Assembly: GCA_964478775.1 (NCBI GenBank) | Contig: CAYZJC010000003.1 | Location: 27,977-81,421, forward strand | Length of the DNA stretch: 53,445 nucleotides | Source of the DNA: an uncultured Verrucomicrobiales bacterium | GTDB taxonomy: Bacteria > Pseudomonadota > Alphaproteobacteria > Paracaedibacterales > CAIOTO01 | Reading direction: 5' to 3' | Shown: positions 44,430 through 53,445 of the stretch, in pieces | Layout of the letters: each line of letters opens with the position of its first letter | How positions within the stretch are numbered: the first letter of the stretch is position 1 | Notes under the pieces: model-generated | Seen by the model: the letters and a program-made list of their open reading frames with translations, nothing else | What the model was told of the DNA's origin: nothing | The model's database searches: none | Program-made: the position numbers and the translations under genes

Positions 44430-45947
44430 TTACCCTTGGAAACGTGGGAACACACCAAAAGGTGCTGGCAAAGGTGCGTTGGGCTTTAGTGTCTCTGTTA
44501 AATGGCAGAACTGCCTTTTATTGCCAGTAATAGCTAATTGGTCTAAAATTTTACCAGACGCAATCGGGGCTAAGGGCTGTGTCAGTATGGCAATTTTACG
44601 GATCAATTCACATAAAATATACAAGCAATGGTTCATCTTGACTTCATCTGTTTTTTTAAGTTCCCAAGGCTTATTACTATCCATATACTGGTTACCACGT
44701 GCGATAAGTGTCCACACCAATTCAGCATACTTATGTGTTTGCATAATGTTGATTTGCGCTAACACATGCAAGGGGCTATCTAATAATTCTTGTTCTTCTT
44801 GTGAGAAGGGCTGATGGTTTGGCACAGCGGCTCCAGCATTTTTATTAACAAATGACAACACGCGTTGCACTAAGTTGCCATAAGCATTCGCAAGGTCTGT
44901 ATTCAAACGATTAATAAGATTTTGTCTTGAAAAGTCACCGTCTTGGCCGAAAGGAACTTCACGGACCAAGAAATAACGCACGGCATCAATGCCGAAAGTT
45001 TCAATTAGTTCGATAGGGTCAATTGTATTTCCTAATGACTTTGAAATCTTCACGCCTTCATTGGTCCACCAACCATGTGCAAAAATTTGCTGTGGCAAAG
45101 GTAGATTTGCCGCCATTAAGAATGCTGGCCAATAAACGGCATGGAATCTTAAAATATCTTTACCTACGACATGTGTTGTATGGTTCCAAAACTGTTTATA
45201 AAGGTCGTGGTTTTCATCAGGGTAACCTAAAGCTGTAATGTAATTTGTAAGTGCATCAAGCCACACATACATAATGTGTTTGTCATTACCTGGAACAGGC
45301 ACACCCCATGAAAAGCTGGTGCGCGAAATAGACAAATCTTGTAATCCCCCCTCAACGAAACGTAACACTTCATTACGGCGTGAATCTGGGGCGATAAATT
45401 GCGGGTGGTCTTCATACCATTTTAACAAAGGTTCTTGGAACGCTGAAAGCTTAAAGAAATAGCTTTCTTCTTTCATCCATTCAACATCGGCCCCAGTTGG
45501 TGCTTTGCCATTGACTAATTCTTTTTCATCATAAAAGGCTTCATCGCGAACAGAATACCACCCTTCATAATGACCAAGGTAGATATAGCCATTTTCAAGT
45601 AGCTTATTCCATAATGCTTTTGCAGCTGCATAATGACGTTCTTGTGTTGTGCGAATGAACACATCGTTAGTGACTTGCATGACATCAACTAATTCTCTAA
45701 AAGACTTCGATACTTCATCAACAAATTTTTGAGGTTCCATACCTGCTTTTTCTGCTGCTTTTTGTACCTTTTGGCCGTGCTCATCAGTTCCTGTTAGAAA
45801 ATATACAGGGCGTCCTTGAAGGCGATAAAATCTAGCAATGGTGTCGCACATTAAGGTCGTGTAAGCGCTTCCAATATGTGGCTTGTCATTCACATAATAA
45901 ATGGGCGTTGTAATATAAAAGGGTTCTGTTGACGTTAGATTGTTCAT
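44430..45947 (-). CDS. metG: Methionine--tRNA ligase (short form, no C-terminal tRNA-binding domain)
   Basis: HIGH-type 'PHIGSAYTTLMCD'. 'YVWLDALTNYITA'. KMSKS as 'KISKSLGN'. 505 aa. Confidence 0.92.
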   Translation of the reverse strand: MNNLTSTEPFYITTPIYYVNDKPHIGSAYTTLMCDTIARFYRLQGRPVYFLTGTDEHGQKVQKAAEKAGMEPQKFVDEVSKSFRELVDVMQVTNDVFIRTTQERHYAAAKALWNKLLENGYIYLGHYEGWYSVRDEAFYDEKELVNGKAPTGADVEWMKEESYFFKLSAFQEPLLKWYEDHPQFIAPDSRRNEVLRFVEGGLQDLSISRTSFSWGVPVPGNDKHIMYVWLDALTNYITALGYPDENHDLYKQFWNHTTHVVGKDILRFHAVYWPAFLMAANLPLPQQIFAHGWWTNEGVKISKSLGNTIDPIELIETFGIDAVRYFLVREVPFGQDGDFSRQNLINRLNTDLANAYGNLVQRVLSFVNKNAGAAVPNHQPFSQEEQELLDSPLHVLAQINIMQTHKYAELVWTLIARGNQYMDSNKPWELKKTDEVKMNHCLYILCELIRKIAILTQPLAPIASGKILDQLAITGNKRQFCHLTETLKPNAPLPAPFGVFPRFQG

Positions 45948-45964
45948 AAAATTAAGTCGCTTTC

Positions 45965-47008
45965 CTACTGACTAAGAGGCTTGAGTTCTGCTAATGCGAT
46001 GTTTTGTGGATTAAGGGAATGGCATTCTTTTAAGGTGATTTTTACAGAAAATTCTGGGTCTAAATACTTGTCCTTCATGCCTAAAACAACACCGATATCG
46101 TTAATATGCATCGACAATAAATAATCCGGTTCAATCGCTGTTCTCTCGGTTCCTTCGTAGATTTTTTGCTTTAACAGCCATACGGTAGAACGTTGCAGTT
46201 TTTTTGCAAAGGCATCTGCCTCGCTTAAATGTGAAGCTGTGTCTGTAGCTTTATCAGATACGTCTGGAGTTGTTGTGTTAATAGAAAAATTGGGTTGTGG
46301 TTGCATGTCCGAATCAATCTCTACCACTTCTTTAGCTGCATTGTTTGCATCAAAAATACGCTGATGCTTGAGTTGCATTTTCCCCTTCATGGCACTTTGT
46401 ATAACTTTTTGTAAATACTGCCTTGGTAGCCACACATCTTTCGTTAAGGGAACACGCACATATTCTGGTTGTGTATATTGCACATAGCGCTTGTCATGTG
46501 GAGGGTTCGTGTCATTATATTCGGTATTGTGTGTGGGGTATTGTATAACCCCTTGCGTTTCTTCATCTTCATTTGCTTCATTTGTTTTTGACTGTGTTTT
46601 AAATTCGTAAGTGAGCCCGTCTTTGCTTTCCGTTGTTTGACTAATATTGTCATAGCGGGCTGTTTTTTCTTTGTCTTTAAAATAAACAAATATCGTTGAT
46701 TTTTGCACCACATGCCACAGGTTGTCTTTTTCAACAGTTGTGACTTCTAATGTGCCTTTCACATCTTGAATACCAAAATCAAAATAGTGTTCGCGGTCAA
46801 GTTCTATGGCATAGGTTGCGCTATAAGACACAAGCTCGAAACCACCTTCTTTTTCAGCTTTGTGTGAAGAGTCCTTTTGTGCCTCTTGCGAGGTGGAAGT
46901 CTTATGAGGTGGGGTAGCGTCACTTCCATATACATATGCAATTGACAATGCCATTAGCCCAAAGCTAAGGAATTGTTTCATTATTGTGTTGAGTGGATTT
47001 AAATGCAT
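45965..47008 (-). CDS. Hypothetical exported protein (possibly DUF1849/EipB-like; not verified)
   Basis: 347 aa. Signal peptide 'FLSFGLMALSIAYVYG'. 'LVSYSATYAIEL' resembles the start of DUF1849 proteins. It sits immediately downstream of tolB, where pal usually lies. Confidence 0.4.
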   Translation of the reverse strand: MHLNPLNTIMKQFLSFGLMALSIAYVYGSDATPPHKTSTSQEAQKDSSHKAEKEGGFELVSYSATYAIELDREHYFDFGIQDVKGTLEVTTVEKDNLWHVVQKSTIFVYFKDKEKTARYDNISQTTESKDGLTYEFKTQSKTNEANEDEETQGVIQYPTHNTEYNDTNPPHDKRYVQYTQPEYVRVPLTKDVWLPRQYLQKVIQSAMKGKMQLKHQRIFDANNAAKEVVEIDSDMQPQPNFSINTTTPDVSDKATDTASHLSEADAFAKKLQRSTVWLLKQKIYEGTERTAIEPDYLLSMHINDIGVVLGMKDKYLDPEFSVKITLKECHSLNPQNIALAELKPLSQ

Positions 47009-47017
47009 ACCTAGCCT

Positions 47018-48370
47018 TTACTCAGAACCAACTTGTGCAACCAAAGGTGACCATGTGCCATTTGTGGCCCCACTTCGGGTGTTGATCCATTGTTGATTAT
47101 ACCCTGTTAAGTCTACCATATATAGCTTTGGTTTATGGGAAACAGAAACCTGCTTGGTGAAAATTAAATAGCGCCCATTGGCTGACCAGCAAGGGTCTTC
47201 AACTAACCATCCGTCTGCAATCATGCGCTCGCCTGATCCATCTGGACCCATGACCCCTATATAGAAACGTGGCCCTTCAGGGGTTCTCAGTTGTTTTGTG
47301 AACGCAATAAGGTCTCCCCTTGGTGACCAAACGGGCTGGGAATATTTACCTTCCCCATAGCTAATACGTCTTACATCTTCACCTTGCGTGTTCATAATAT
47401 AGATATGTTCTTTGCCAGCGCGGTCAGATGTAAATACAATTTGTGTACTATCTGGTGCATAGCAAGGTGAGGTATCAATAGAAATATGGTCTGTGAGTCG
47501 CTTTAGATTACGGTCTTTCACATTCATTGTGTAAATAGCACTTCTTCCTTGTTGGGCAAGGCTCATGACAATAAACTGCCCATCTGGTGAAAACCTTGGT
47601 GCAAAGCTCATGCCGTCAAAGTTACCAAGTTTGCGGGCATTTTTGGTAATAAGATCCATCACAAAGACTTCAGCTTTGTTATTGTGAATTTTAAGATACG
47701 CTAATGACCTGCCATTGGGTGAAAATCTTGGGGTGAGAACGAGGTGTTTGCTGCTGGTTAATGTTCTGGGGTTGTGACCATCATAGTCCATCATCACAAG
47801 CTGGGTTGTGCTTTTTTTACCTTGACCATGAGGTTCTGAATAAACGATATGCGTGTTAAAAAAACCTGCTTCATTCGTAACGCGGGTGTAAATGAGGTCA
47901 GCAACCGCATGCGCAAGACGGCGCCACTTTGCATGGTTGCCTTCTACCATTTGTGCGATTAATTGTTTTTTATTTAGAACATCATACAAACGAAATTCAA
48001 CTTTAATTTGACCATGTGCCTCTATCACTTTTCCTGTTAGCATAAAGCGGGCACGAATGCGTTGCCATTTATCAAAAGCAATGCTGGCTTGTTTAATTTC
48101 AGGTAAGGTTTGGGGAAATAAACTTTGGTCAATTGGGGCAAAAAGGCCGCTATTTTTTAAATCATTCGCAATCACATTAGACATCTCTACACCAACCTTG
48201 CTGGTTTCAAAGTCATTCTTGCCTGAAAAATCGTGTACAGCAATTGGGTCTGCTTGAATGAGCCCTTGTGTCACTTGAATACGTTGACGTGCATATGCCG
48301 TATTGCAACTTGCAGTGATTGCAACACAAAATAGGCCGCAAATTAAAACAAAATAAGGCTTTATGTTCAT
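47018..48370 (-). CDS. tolB: Tol-Pal system periplasmic beta-propeller protein TolB
   Basis: Signal peptide, N-terminal TolB domain, and repeated propeller blades 'PRFSPNGRSLAY', 'PRFSPDGQFIVM', 'PCYAPDSTQIVFTSDRAG', 'PVWSPRGDLIAF', 'PCWSANGRYLIF'. Confidence 0.92.
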   Translation of the reverse strand: MNIKPYFVLICGLFCVAITASCNTAYARQRIQVTQGLIQADPIAVHDFSGKNDFETSKVGVEMSNVIANDLKNSGLFAPIDQSLFPQTLPEIKQASIAFDKWQRIRARFMLTGKVIEAHGQIKVEFRLYDVLNKKQLIAQMVEGNHAKWRRLAHAVADLIYTRVTNEAGFFNTHIVYSEPHGQGKKSTTQLVMMDYDGHNPRTLTSSKHLVLTPRFSPNGRSLAYLKIHNNKAEVFVMDLITKNARKLGNFDGMSFAPRFSPDGQFIVMSLAQQGRSAIYTMNVKDRNLKRLTDHISIDTSPCYAPDSTQIVFTSDRAGKEHIYIMNTQGEDVRRISYGEGKYSQPVWSPRGDLIAFTKQLRTPEGPRFYIGVMGPDGSGERMIADGWLVEDPCWSANGRYLIFTKQVSVSHKPKLYMVDLTGYNQQWINTRSGATNGTWSPLVAQVGSE

Positions 48371-48469
48371 TTAAAAGGCTCACATTAAAAGAGTAAGTTA
48401 TGTTTTTACATTAATTACTGGTATGTTATCTGATTTTCAAAGAAAACGATAATAAAAAATCAAACCAAA

Positions 48470-49312
48470 TTAAGACGGCATAGACAACACATTAATAACA
48501 GGCATTTGCAGTGTTGTGATCACTGTGCCGTGCAGTTGACCGTTATCTAGTTTTTGAAAAATCATCGCATCACACAGGGGGTGTGCAAGCAAAGGTTGAT
48601 CGGGGTGAATCACATTGTCTATCTTTCCATTGTTCATGGCTAAAAATGGAGAATGCAGAACACTGTCATCTTCTTGCGACATTTTTAGGGTATGTTCCGC
48701 ATGTGATAGTGTGTGTGTCAACGTGTTAGAATTAACCGATTTTTGCGCTCGCATTTTAGCAACAGCAATCCTTCCCCCGATGCGCAACTTGTCAATTGCT
48801 GACTGCGGAATGTGGGTGTAAGCCCCACCATCCATAAAAATTATGTCACATTTCTCTATGGAAAGCGTAGTTGCCGGTGTTATCTTTTTAAGTTTACGCG
48901 TTGAGTCTAGTAGTCTTGCAAATAAAATACTATCTGGTTCAACGGCACATACTTCACCGCACAACATGCTAAGCAATGTCGCACTATAACCAGTGCCGGC
49001 GCTGATAACTGCAGCCGATAATGGTTCTGATTGTTCAGTAGTTTCATTGGCGTTTTGTGTGTTTAATATACGGTCACCCACAAGATGTTGCAAAAAAAGA
49101 GCCACTAAATAAAAGGGAAACTCACAACGTCTTTTTAAAACAATAGGGGCATCAGCATAAGCCAGTAAACGGTGCGCAGGGGGCAAAAAAGATTCACGAT
49201 TAATCGAAAGTAATGCTTTTTCTAAAGACGGATGAATATAACTTAACGGTTTGATTTGATGAAACAAAACAGATTCAATAGTAAGTGTTTGGGAGTATTG
49301 TGTTTTTTTCAT
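48470..49312 (-). CDS. Protein-L-isoaspartate O-methyltransferase family protein (divergent, extended)
   Basis: 'RESFLPPAHRLLAYADAPI', SAM motif 'VISAGTGYSATLLSMLCGEVCAVE', 'CDIIFMDGGAYTHIPQSAIDKLRIGGRIAV'. The ORF is open to 49366, but 'MKKTQYS' at 49312 is the likely start. Confidence 0.6.
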   Translation of the reverse strand: MKKTQYSQTLTIESVLFHQIKPLSYIHPSLEKALLSINRESFLPPAHRLLAYADAPIVLKRRCEFPFYLVALFLQHLVGDRILNTQNANETTEQSEPLSAAVISAGTGYSATLLSMLCGEVCAVEPDSILFARLLDSTRKLKKITPATTLSIEKCDIIFMDGGAYTHIPQSAIDKLRIGGRIAVAKMRAQKSVNSNTLTHTLSHAEHTLKMSQEDDSVLHSPFLAMNNGKIDNVIHPDQPLLAHPLCDAMIFQKLDNGQLHGTVITTLQMPVINVLSMPS

Positions 49313-49466
49313 AAAATGGACCTGGCATATATAAAAGCTTTGTTTTGCTAAGACGCTTTTAATCATTCATGATTTCAGTTGACGCGTCATCATTATATTC
49401 AGTATAGTTGGTGAATAAGATGGATAGCAAGATTATTGGTCTGGCATATGCTGACATCTTAAAGAA

Positions 49467-49540
49467 GGCCGGATGGCAGAATGGTCATGCAGAGGATTGC
49501 AAATCCTTGTATATCGGTTCGATTCCGGTTCCGGCCTCCA
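49467..49540 (+). tRNA. tRNA-Cys (anticodon GCA)
   Basis: GGCCGGA-TG-GCA-GAATGGTCA-TGC-A-GAGGA-TTGCAAA-TCCTT-GTAT-ATCGG-TTCGATT-CCGGT-TCCGGCC-T-CCA. 74 nt with an encoded CCA. Confidence 0.88.
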
Positions 49541-49846
49541 CATTTTTCAATTTTATATGACATACGATGAGAAAACTTGCATAAAAAATAATGCTAACGC
49601 GCGAAAAGCGGTAGGCAATTTTATATGTTCGTGGTATCTTGATAACCTACATTCGTGTGAAAGTTGTATAAAAATTGCAACAAGTGCACTTGATCGCTCT
49701 CAAATAAGGATCAACCATAGGACTTGGCACCTGTTTTGTTAACGCTTTATTTAACTTTCATCTGTCATACTGTAGATATATCGGTATAATTTTCGTTGAA
49801 AGCATGGCCATGATGGCATGCTCTGTTGGAAGAAAGACTAAATTTT

Positions 49847-51133
49847 ATGTCAAAATCAAATCATAATGATTCTAAGAATACACTCCATTGTTCATTTTGT
49901 GGAAAAAGTCAACATGAAGTACGAAAGTTAATTGCAGGGCCAGCCGTTTTTATTTGTGATGAATGCGTTGAGTTATGTATGGATATTATTCGTGAAGAAA
50001 GTCAAACAGGGCGATTGCTTACACACGAAGGTATCCCTACACCGCAAGAAATTTGTAATGTGTTAAATGATTATGTCATTGGGCAAGCAAGGGCAAAACG
50101 TGTGTTGTCAGTTGCTGTGCATAACCATTATAAGCGCCTTAGCCTTATAGAAAAAAATGCTGATATCGAAATTGCAAAATCTAACATCTTATTAATTGGC
50201 CCAACGGGTAGCGGTAAAACATTGCTTGCGCAAACCTTGGCTAAAATTATTGACGTTCCTTTCACAATGGCTGATGCGACAACGCTCACTGAAGCTGGTT
50301 ATGTTGGTGAAGACGTTGAAAATATTATCTTAAAACTACTACAAGCGGCTGACTATAATGTTGAAAAGGCGCAGCGCGGTATTGTATACATTGACGAAGT
50401 TGATAAAATTTCTAGAAAATCTGATAACCCTTCTATCACCCGTGATGTGTCTGGGGAAGGTGTGCAACAGGCCTTACTTAAAATTATGGAAGGCACAGTT
50501 GCTTCTGTTCCACCGCAAGGCGGGCGCAAACACCCACAGCAAGAATTTTTGCAAGTTGACACAACAAATATATTGTTTATCTGTGGTGGGGCGTTTGCTG
50601 GTCTTGACAAAATCATTTCTGCACGCGGCAAAGGAAGTGCTATCGGTTTTGGTGCAGATGTTCGAAACAAAGATGATAAGAAAACAGGTGAGTTACTAAA
50701 AGATGTTGAGCCAGAAGATTTACTCCGTTTTGGTTTGATTCCAGAATTTATTGGTCGTCTTCCAGTGCTTGCCACATTAAATGACTTAGATGAAGATGCT
50801 TTAATTGATATTTTAACAAAACCAAAAAATGCGTTGGTAAAACAATACAAAAAATTATTTGAAATGGAAGATATCAAGCTGAACTTCACAGATGATGCTT
50901 TGTCTGCAATTGCAACCCATGCCATTTCAAGAAAAACGGGTGCGCGCGGTCTTCGTGCGATCATGGAAAGCATTTTGTTAGACACGATGTTTGACTTGCC
51001 ATCCATGGAAAATGTAGAAGAAGTGATTATTAATGGTGATGTTGTTAATAGTGTTGGTCAACCAGAAATAAAGCAACTAGATAAAGCTATTATCGCTGTT
51101 GAACCAGCTGCAGAACCAGCGGGCGCTGCTTAA
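49847..51133 (+). CDS. clpX: ATP-dependent Clp protease ATP-binding subunit ClpX
   Basis: Zinc-binding N-domain '[30 protein letters not shown]'. Walker A '[15 protein letters not shown]'. Walker B '[10 protein letters not shown]'. 'GFGA' pore-2 region. '[10 protein letters not shown]'. The ORF track starts at TTG 49826; the ATG is at 49847. Confidence 0.96.
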   Translation: MSKSNHNDSKNTLHCSFCGKSQHEVRKLIAGPAVFICDECVELCMDIIREESQTGRLLTHEGIPTPQEICNVLNDYVIGQARAKRVLSVAVHNHYKRLSLIEKNADIEIAKSNILLIGPTGSGKTLLAQTLAKIIDVPFTMADATTLTEAGYVGEDVENIILKLLQAADYNVEKAQRGIVYIDEVDKISRKSDNPSITRDVSGEGVQQALLKIMEGTVASVPPQGGRKHPQQEFLQVDTTNILFICGGAFAGLDKIISARGKGSAIGFGADVRNKDDKKTGELLKDVEPEDLLRFGLIPEFIGRLPVLATLNDLDEDALIDILTKPKNALVKQYKKLFEMEDIKLNFTDDALSAIATHAISRKTGARGLRAIMESILLDTMFDLPSMENVEEVIINGDVVNSVGQPEIKQLDKAIIAVEPAAEPAGAA

Positions 51134-51313
51134 GTTCATGACACGTCACAATACCAAGCCTTGAATTAAGTCACTGAAGTTTGCAATCTATTAAGTGAGA
51201 CTAGTTTAAACGCTTGGTTTTTAGGTGATAATCACTCATTAAAAAACAGAAGAGAGACTAATTTAGTGTGAATTAATTTTTGCTGGTCTTTAGAAAATAA
51301 TAAAATAAATGAT

Positions 51314-53445
51314 ATGTACAATCTTTCAAAGCTATACTCTATTCCCTTTGGTCAAAATTTTTTAACAACTCTGGCTAGCTTTTATATTGAAAAGGTACAT
51401 GCCTCAATTACTGAGACATCGTGCTCAATCCTTACTCCTTCAAAGGTGAAAATCTTATTGCCATCTAACCGGGCTGTGCTCAATTTCCAAAAGGCTTTAT
51501 TACAAGTCAGCCAACGACACACCTCTTCAACGCTGGTATTTCCAACCCTTTATAGCTTAAGTCATTTACATGAAAAGCACCCGTTTGAGCTATTATCTAT
51601 TTATGACGTCAATGAAAAGTATAAAGTTTTATCTGACTTAGATATCGTCTCTCTCATTTTAGCCTATCTTCCGTCACAATTGTCAGTTAATAAAAGCATT
51701 GCACTTGCGAAATATTTATCTGAACTTTTTAATTTGCTAACAACTGGTGGCATTGAAGTTATTCAATTGCAAGCTTTGTTATTGGAAGACCGGTTACTTA
51801 ATGAAGCCGAGCATATCAAGCAGTCAAAGCAGTATTTAGAAATTTTAACACAGCGCTTACCAGAACATTTAAGTCATGTGAATGCCATTACGCGCTCTCA
51901 GCGAACTGTCATGGTGACACAAGCCCTTAACACGTACCTTCAAGACACTGTGGTTGATGATATAATCATGATAGCCGGTTCAACAGGTACCGTGCCTTCA
52001 ACGCGCCAGTTAATGCAGACCCTTCATCACTTACCCAATGGTATGATTATTTTACCTGGATATGACAGACAGCAGCTTTCCTTGCAGCAGTGTGACCAGC
52101 GTGTTACTGAAATGGCAACACACCCACAGCACACCATGCACCAGTTATGTAAAGCATTAGATATACCAGCAAGGGATGTTGAAGTGATTAAGACCAGTGG
52201 CCTGGGTAGCCTTACGTCGTTACAGAAAGAACGTTCTCACCTCATTAGAAATGCATTTGAAAGCCCGCCCATTTTACCAGTTGAACAGCATCAACTACGC
52301 CAACCCCCATTGATGTTTGAAGTTGAAACCCTTCAAGATGAAGCCAGGTTGATTGCCAATTTGTGCGAGACTATTTTAAAAGAGCAACACCTAACACTTG
52401 AAAGTGTTCAGCAAGATATTGCAATTGTGACCCCTAACTTGGCTTTAACCTCGCGTCTTATGAGTGAACTGAACCACTTAGGTCTTACCGCTAACCTTTC
52501 ACAGGGTATGTCTTTTCAAACGACTGCTGTTGGTAGTTTTGTATTTTTATTTGCCAAATTATTGCGTGAGCCCACGATGCAAAACTTTTTTCATCTTGCA
52601 AAGCATCCCCTTGCGGCAAAAGAGTCAAGACAAGCCCATTTAAGTGAAATTCGAGACCTTGAAAAAGACATGCGATCATATCCCTTAAAAAGCATCACAA
52701 TTCCTTTTTTTAAAACCATTCAAACTTGCTTATTAGAACGTCAATCTGTATCTAGCTGGTCTTCTTTTTTAGCTTTTTTTAAAATGTGGTGCAAAACACT
52801 GTCTGACCAATTTATATTTAATGAAGCCTCAACAAAAAGCGATGTTTTGGCCGCCATTGCTTTTTTTGATGATTTATTGAGGGCAAAAGTGCCTATTTGT
52901 AAAAATTTTGAAGATGCTTTGCTGATGTGCATTGAAGAATTTGCACCATCTGTCCAGTTTGATGAAGACTTAAGTTCACGTATACGTATTTTGGGGGCGC
53001 TAGAAGCACGGTTTACAACAGCTGATTTCGTGATTTGTGCGTCTCTCAATGAAGGGGTATGGCCAAAGTATCCAGATATTGACCCCTATCTTTCAAATCA
53101 AATGCGTTTAAGTCTAGGGTTGCCTTCACAAAAACGTCAGCAGGGCCTTGCTGCTCATGATTTATGTACATTGTTTTATGCGCCCAATTTATACCTTACA
53201 AGGGCGTTAAGAAATGACAGTGAGGTGACTTTGCCAAGTCGTATCTGGACAAGGTTTTATGAAAGCTTGCACCCGTTTCATGCCGAATATAAAGCACTGG
53301 CTTTAACGTTACTGTCAAATGAACAATTAGAAGAATCTAAGGGGAGGGGAGAAATTGAATCACTTTGTGCCATAAAACCCCCAGCCCCATGCCCACCAGT
53401 TAGCTTAAGGCCAACGTCTTATTCCGCAAGCGATGTTGATTTGCT
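51314..53445 (+). CDS. addB: Double-strand break repair protein AddB (alphaproteobacterial type), 3'-truncated by the window end
   Basis: This ORF is not in the ORF track because it runs off the window. Hand translation from ATG 51314 stays open for 710 codons: MYNLSKLYSIPFGQNFLTTLASFYIEK... It includes 'IIMIAGSTGTVPSTRQLM', 'IAIVTPNLALTSRL', 'IRILGALEARFTTADFVICASLNEGVWP' and 'LGLPSQKRQQGLAAHD', all typical of alpha-type AddB. Confidence 0.75.
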   Translation, partial: MYNLSKLYSIPFGQNFLTTLASFYIEKVHASITETSCSILTPSKVKILLPSNRAVLNFQKALLQVSQRHTSSTLVFPTLYSLSHLHEKHPFELLSIYDVNEKYKVLSDLDIVSLILAYLPSQLSVNKSIALAKYLSELFNLLTTGGIEVIQLQALLLEDRLLNEAEHIKQSKQYLEILTQRLPEHLSHVNAITRSQRTVMVTQALNTYLQDTVVDDIIMIAGSTGTVPSTRQLMQTLHHLPNGMIILPGYDRQQLSLQQCDQRVTEMATHPQHTMHQLCKALDIPARDVEVIKTSGLGSLTSLQKERSHLIRNAFESPPILPVEQHQLRQPPLMFEVETLQDEARLIANLCETILKEQHLTLESVQQDIAIVTPNLALTSRLMSELNHLGLTANLSQGMSFQTTAVGSFVFLFAKLLREPTMQNFFHLAKHPLAAKESRQAHLSEIRDLEKDMRSYPLKSITIPFFKTIQTCLLERQSVSSWSSFLAFFKMWCKTLSDQFIFNEASTKSDVLAAIAFFDDLLRAKVPICKNFEDALLMCIEEFAPSVQFDEDLSSRIRILGALEARFTTADFVICASLNEGVWPKYPDIDPYLSNQMRLSLGLPSQKRQQGLAAHDLCTLFYAPNLYLTRALRNDSEVTLPSRIWTRFYESLHPFHAEYKALALTLLSNEQLEESKGRGEIESLCAIKPPAPCPPVSLRPTSYSASDVDL

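Noticed and set aside
49473-49742. 89-aa ORF on the + strand
   Set aside because: It starts inside tRNA-Cys (49467-49540) and runs through AT-rich non-coding DNA upstream of clpX. It is an artefact.

Overview
This window looks like a chromosomal segment of a moderately AT-rich alphaproteobacterium. The gene content suggests a Rickettsiales/Holosporales-like lineage: Mic60-like plus HemY-like genes, an NDUFS6-type zinc-finger protein next to nuoAB, a COQ10/RatA-like gene, AddB, a DksA without a zinc finger, and many lineage-specific exported ORFans. That taxonomic placement is inference only. About 80% of the window is recognisable housekeeping: dapE/dapD, uppP, hfq, xerD, era, hemH, kdsD, yidC, engB, prmA, obgE, recA, aroQ, pgsA, nuoA/B, accD, metG, tolB, clpX, addB, tRNA-Asn and tRNA-Cys. 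It also carries flagellar genes (an flhB fragment, motA, and a giant motB). I found no transposases, phage genes, CRISPR arrays or recognisable defence genes. The observations most worth follow-up are: (1) eight perfect DnaA boxes beside an AT-rich tract at 7041-7409, a candidate oriC. (2) An orphan GspF/PilC-like platform gene followed by two unrecognisable bitopic membrane proteins with GspL/GspM-like or PilMN/PilO-like topology (38587-42269), with no ATPase, pilin or secretin nearby. (3) Two overlapping unknown genes, one with a GcrA/Myb-like HTH N-terminus, immediately upstream of motAB. They sit behind a 780-bp AT-rich leader that contains a GC-rich structured island. (4) An 847-aa MotB with an insertion of about 510 aa of low-complexity sequence. 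(5) A tandem family of exported proteins built from a repeated module of about 125 aa. All protein calls rest on motifs recognised by eye in the supplied ORF translations. No database search was run, and coordinates of alternative starts are hand-counted.
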